Assembly (NCBI GenBank): GCA_037925075.1
Contig: JAXSNR010000002.1
Coordinates: 96,001 to 160,000 of the forward strand
Direction of reading: 5' to 3'
Source of the DNA: Aquificaceae bacterium
GTDB lineage: Bacteria; Aquificota; Aquificia; Aquificales; Aquificaceae
Length of the DNA: 64,000 nt
In this document: piece by piece, positions 60,090 through 64,000 of the stretch
How positions within the stretch are numbered: position 1 is the first letter of the stretch
Layout of the letters: every line of letters begins with the position of its first letter
Program-made: the position numbers and the translations under genes
The notes under the pieces: generated by a model
Database searches by the model: none
Told to the model about the DNA's origin: nothing
The model's input: only the letters and a program-made list of their open reading frames with translations

Positions 60090-61508
60090 CTAATAACTCC
60101 CTGGCATCTCTTCCTCCACTTTTTTGAGATTTCTAAGCTTGTATATGTAAAACCTTCTTATCTCTTTGTTTCTCCAGAAGATGGCAAGTTCCTTCTCTTC
60201 TATTATACCATCGCTTGCGGAAAGCACCTTTTGGTTTATGGGCACATAATCTACAAAGAGGGCATCGCCCTCATAATCCTTTTCCCAAAGGTCATACTGG
60301 TTCATCCTCCTTCCAAGGTTTATGCAGTAAGTTCTTGGATTTCCCCTCACATAGAAGGCAAGCTCCGCACTTATCTGATAGTGGGGGCTTATTATGCTCT
60401 CTTGGGCTTTTCTCATTTCCGAGACCACCCTTCCCAGTTCAGACCAGCCTATGCCTATCTTTGCGAGGTCCTTGTGGGGTGGTAGAAGGCTTCCAAGCCC
60501 TACCCTGTCAAGAAGTGGAGTAAAGTGAAGAAGCACAAACGAAAGGAAAGCCAAAAGGTAGGAGGGTAAAAGCAGTCTGCTTTTAGAAAGGTGAAGGCTC
60601 ACCAGTACAAAGGCGGAAAAGTAGGCAAAGCCAGGCCAGTTGGCTTCTACCCTCTTAAAAAGGGAAAGGACCGCAAAAAAGGCAAAAGGTAGGAGGGAAA
60701 AAAGCACAAAAAAGGCGGTCTTTTCTTCTTTTAAGCCCTTGACCCACAGGTAGGGCAAAAGCAAAAAGGGCAAAACCGAAAGCAAAAGAGCCTGACCTCC
60801 AAAAAATTCAAAAAAAGACCCAAGGTTTAAAAGGCTTGCGGACTTGCTGGCAAGGGTAGAAACATGTTTAAAGGAAACAAAGTCATGTTTGTAGTTCCAA
60901 TAAAGGACAGGCAGAGCCATTAAAAGGGCAGGGATAAGACTAAGATAGGGTCTGTAATCTTTGAGAAGGCTTCTTTTAAAGAGAAATCCATACAAAAGGG
61001 CGGAAGGTAGCAAAAAGACCGCGGGATATTTACTCAGGAAGGCAAGCCCACCCAGAAGCCCAGACAAAAGCCAAAGCCTAACGGAATTTTTTTCAAAGGC
61101 AAAGAAAAGCACCATAAGGGTCAGAGACCAGAAGAAGATAAAGGGTGCATCGGTGGTCATCAGCACCGAGTTTATACCTAAGCCCACCGTTATCTGTGGC
61201 AAGGTGGAGGCTATAAGGGCTGGCTTTTCACCAAAAATCTTTTTCACAAAAAGGTAAGTGAGCACCGAAAGAAAAAAGGACAAAACTATGGGCTTTATCC
61301 TCACCGCAAGCTCTGAGACCCCAAAAATCTCCCTTGTAAGAAGGTTCAGGTAGGCGACCATGGGTGGTTTTGAGTAGTAGCTAAGGTCCAACCTTCTTGA
61401 CCAGTCCCAGTATTGGGCTTCTTCGGGTGTTAGGTCCAAAGGATAATAGACCACATACAGCACTCTGAAAACCAGCAAAAGTAGGTTAAAGGCAAGGACT
61501 ACTATCAC
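60090..61508 (-). CDS. ArnT/PMT (GT-C) family glycosyltransferase
   Basis: EEAQYWDWS...YYSKPP, TTDAP, LSKY, ANW. Confidence 0.88.
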   Translation of the reverse strand: MIVVLAFNLLLLVFRVLYVVYYPLDLTPEEAQYWDWSRRLDLSYYSKPPMVAYLNLLTREIFGVSELAVRIKPIVLSFFLSVLTYLFVKKIFGEKPALIASTLPQITVGLGINSVLMTTDAPFIFFWSLTLMVLFFAFEKNSVRLWLLSGLLGGLAFLSKYPAVFLLPSALLYGFLFKRSLLKDYRPYLSLIPALLMALPVLYWNYKHDFVSFKHVSTLASKSASLLNLGSFFEFFGGQALLLSVLPFLLLPYLWVKGLKEEKTAFFVLFSLLPFAFFAVLSLFKRVEANWPGFAYFSAFVLVSLHLSKSRLLLPSYLLAFLSFVLLHFTPLLDRVGLGSLLPPHKDLAKIGIGWSELGRVVSEMRKAQESIISPHYQISAELAFYVRGNPRTYCINLGRRMNQYDLWEKDYEGDALFVDYVPINQKVLSASDGIIEEKELAIFWRNKEIRRFYIYKLRNLKKVEEEMPGSY

Positions 61509-62089
61509 CGCTTAAAGCTGTACTCCTTACCTTCCACGAGCCTTATAAGGTTTTCCCTGTGGCGGTAGAGTATGAGGAGGAACATGAAAAGAGCCATGAG
61601 AAATATCTTAGATGGATAGTCCGAAAGGATCAGAAGAAAAACCGCAAAGGCAGATGCGGACAAGGACGCAAGGGAAACTATACCCTTCCATCTGAAAACA
61701 AGCCCCCATAGGGCTATGGATAAGACCGCAATCAGAGGAGAAACCGCGGTTAGAGCGCCAAAGGCTGTCGCCACACCTTTACCACCCTTGAAGCCATGAA
61801 AGACTGGATACATATGTCCCAAAAGGCTTGCAAGCCCCACAAAAAAGGCGGTCCAGTCTTCTATGCCAAAGTAAAGCCTTGCAAGTACCATAGGCAGTAG
61901 CCCCTTTGAAAAATCAAGGAAAAACACCAAAAGGGCGTACCTTTTACCCAGTGCCCTCCCTACGTTGGTGGCACCCACGTTTCCACTACCCACAGACCTT
62001 ATGTCCACTCCCTTTGCCCTTGCGATATGCTCTCCAAAAAGAACGGAACCGTAAAGGTAGGCAAAAAGCACAAGAAGAACCTTATCCAT
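61505..62089 (-). CDS. plsY: Glycerol-3-phosphate acyltransferase PlsY
   Basis: GSGNVGATNV.R, DFSKG, GHMYP, GGKGVAT, RHRENL. Confidence 0.95.
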   Translation of the reverse strand: MDKVLLVLFAYLYGSVLFGEHIARAKGVDIRSVGSGNVGATNVGRALGKRYALLVFFLDFSKGLLPMVLARLYFGIEDWTAFFVGLASLLGHMYPVFHGFKGGKGVATAFGALTAVSPLIAVLSIALWGLVFRWKGIVSLASLSASAFAVFLLILSDYPSKIFLMALFMFLLILYRHRENLIRLVEGKEYSFKR

Positions 62090-62110
62090 AGAAACTATGA
62101 TAACCCAGAC

Positions 62111-64000
62111 TCACAAAAGGCTTTTTATGTATTCTGGGTCCATGGGAAGCCTGTTTACCTTTATACCATAGCCCCAAAGCAGTGCGTTGGCTACCGCCGG
62201 TGCTGTAGGTGGAAGTCCCGGCTCTCCCACGCCACCCATAGGACGCTTTGAGGTGAGTATATGAACCTCCACCTCCGGAGCTTCCTCCATCCTCAAAAGC
62301 CCATAGGAGTTAAAGTTGGTGTTTGCAACGCCACCACCCTTAAAACTTACCGCCTCCTTTAAAGCCATGCTTAGACCCATGACCACAGCCCCCTCCACTT
62401 GCGAACGTATAAGGTCGGGATGCACCACCACAGGACCCACATCAATGACCGCCACCACCCTATGGACTTTCACTTTTCCACTTTTACTGTCAAGGCTTAC
62501 CTCAGCCACATGGCAGGCATGGCTTCCAAAGGAGTAATGGTATGCTATGCCGAGGTTTTTCTTTTTGCCCCAGTTAGCCCTCTCCATTGCGGTTTGAACC
62601 ACTTTGTATGCGACTGGGTTATTTTTCAAAAGCCTGAGCCTTAGCTCTCCAGGGTCTTGCCTTGTCTGATAAGCTATCCTGTCTATAAAGGTCTCAAGGC
62701 TAAAGGCGTTATGGGTAGAGCCCACAGACCTCCAAAACCAAACGCTTACAGGAAGCTCCACATCCACCCTCTCCACATATAGGTTTGGAATTTCATAAGG
62801 CGTGTTTTCCACGCCTTCCACCGACGCCCTTCCACCCAAAAGGGGCTGGACTGCAATCTTGAAGCTTAGGGAGGTTATATTGCCCTTTTGGTCTGCGGAC
62901 GCCTTCAAGTGGGTTGCACTGTAAGGTCTAAAGTATCCTGACCTTATGTCGTCCTCCCTCGTGTAAAGTAGTTTTACCGGCTTTCCAAGCCTTTTGGAGA
63001 TCTCAAGGGCTTCCGCCACAAACTCCACGTTTGCCTTTCTACCAAAGCCACCCCCAAGGTAGGTGGTAATAACCCTTATCTTACTCTCTGGCAGACCGCT
63101 TATTCTTTTGGCAGTTTCCAAGACCCATGTTTGGGACTGCGTGGGTGCATAAACTACGCATTCGTCCCTTTTCACCCACGCAAGGCACGCCATAGGTTCC
63201 ATGGTCGCATGATAAAGGTATGGCTGTATGTAGGTCTCTTCCACCTTCACCGGTGAGTTTTCAAAGGCTCTCTGGGGGCTTCCCTTCACCTTTTCCACAT
63301 AGCCCTTTTCCTTTAGCTTTTGCAGGTAGAACTTTTCAAAGTCCTTGTCCTCCCAACCTCTTACAAAGCTTTCACTCCACTCAACCCTTAAGGCTTGTCT
63401 TGCCTTCTGACAAGCCCAAAAGGACTTACCGCATACAGCCACACCACCATTGGAAAGAGGGAAAACATCTACCACCTCTGGCATTCCTTTGGCTTTTTCT
63501 CCCTCAATCTTCAAAGGCTTTGCACCAAAGTAGGGTGGCCTTTCCACCACCGCATAAAGCATGCCCTCCTCAAAGGTGTCTATGCCAAAAATTGCCCTTC
63601 CTTCCACCTTTTCTGGTGTGTCAAGCCTTGGCACAGACCTGCCTATGTATATAAACTCCTTGGGCTCTTTTAGTCTTGGTTTTGAGCTTATAGGCTCTTT
63701 TATGGCAAGGTCTGCAAACTGCCCGTAAGGGTAGCTCTTGCCTTCGGCGGTTATATAGCCTCTCTCAGCTCTTATTTTCTCTTTTGGAATGCTAAGGCTT
63801 TTGCTGGCGGAACTTATAAGCATCTCCTTCATACTGGCACCCGCAAGCCTGAGGGTTTCGTACATGTTTCTAACGCTGGTGCTACCGCCCGTAAGCTGTA
63901 TGCCCATCTTTGGGTCCACATAAGCTCTGCCCGCCGGTGCTGGTGCCACCCTTACCCTATCCCACGGAAAGTCAAGCTCCTCTGCTATTAACATGGGAAG
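62111..64000 (-). CDS. Xanthine dehydrogenase-family molybdopterin subunit (isoquinoline 1-oxidoreductase beta-like); 5' end outside window
   Basis: AEELD, TGGSTS, HATMEP, LGGGFGR, WRSV, GGVGEPG. Confidence 0.9.
   Translation of the reverse strand, partial: LPMLIAEELDFPWDRVRVAPAPAGRAYVDPKMGIQLTGGSTSVRNMYETLRLAGASMKEMLISSASKSLSIPKEKIRAERGYITAEGKSYPYGQFADLAIKEPISSKPRLKEPKEFIYIGRSVPRLDTPEKVEGRAIFGIDTFEEGMLYAVVERPPYFGAKPLKIEGEKAKGMPEVVDVFPLSNGGVAVCGKSFWACQKARQALRVEWSESFVRGWEDKDFEKFYLQKLKEKGYVEKVKGSPQRAFENSPVKVEETYIQPYLYHATMEPMACLAWVKRDECVVYAPTQSQTWVLETAKRISGLPESKIRVITTYLGGGFGRKANVEFVAEALEISKRLGKPVKLLYTREDDIRSGYFRPYSATHLKASADQKGNITSLSFKIAVQPLLGGRASVEGVENTPYEIPNLYVERVDVELPVSVWFWRSVGSTHNAFSLETFIDRIAYQTRQDPGELRLRLLKNNPVAYKVVQTAMERANWGKKKNLGIAYHYSFGSHACHVAEVSLDSKSGKVKVHRVVAVIDVGPVVVHPDLIRSQVEGAVVMGLSMALKEAVSFKGGGVANTNFNSYGLLRMEEAPEVEVHILTSKRPMGGVGEPGLPPTAPAVANALLWGYGIKVNRLPMDPEYIKSLL

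Noticed and set aside
1..64000. CRISPR arrays, tRNA/rRNA genes, IS elements, prophage
   Set aside because: Intergenic gaps are nearly all under 200 bp, with no repeat-spacer periodicity, cloverleaf, transposase or integrase seen by eye; small ncRNAs cannot be excluded.

Overview
Gene-dense housekeeping region from an Aquificaceae-like thermophile (Hydrogenobacter/Thermocrinis/Aquifex type). This is inferred from citryl-CoA lyase, fused NirDL, a GyrA without a GyrA-box, large inserts in TrpRS and LysRS, scrambled operons and many 3'-overlapping convergent genes. About 70 CDS and two pseudogenes are supported. I saw no rRNA, tRNA, CRISPR array or transposase. The most striking observations are these. 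(1) A 151-aa protein (3339-3794) looks like a half-size sulfur oxygenase reductase and keeps the Cys plus 2-His-1-Glu active-site pattern. (2) Promoter architecture is pervasively leaderless: TAnnnT lies 6-9 nt before the start codon, and one divergent pair of start codons is only 19 bp apart. (3) A secreted dienelactone-hydrolase-fold protein has Thr and Arg in place of the catalytic Cys and His. (4) The window also holds a TatD-radical SAM fusion, a FabX-like flavin/Fe-S enzyme, a triheme helical cytochrome c, a FrdB with two 4-Cys ferredoxin motifs, and an LpxE/ArnT-type envelope modification set. All assignments rest on motif recognition by eye; no database search was run.
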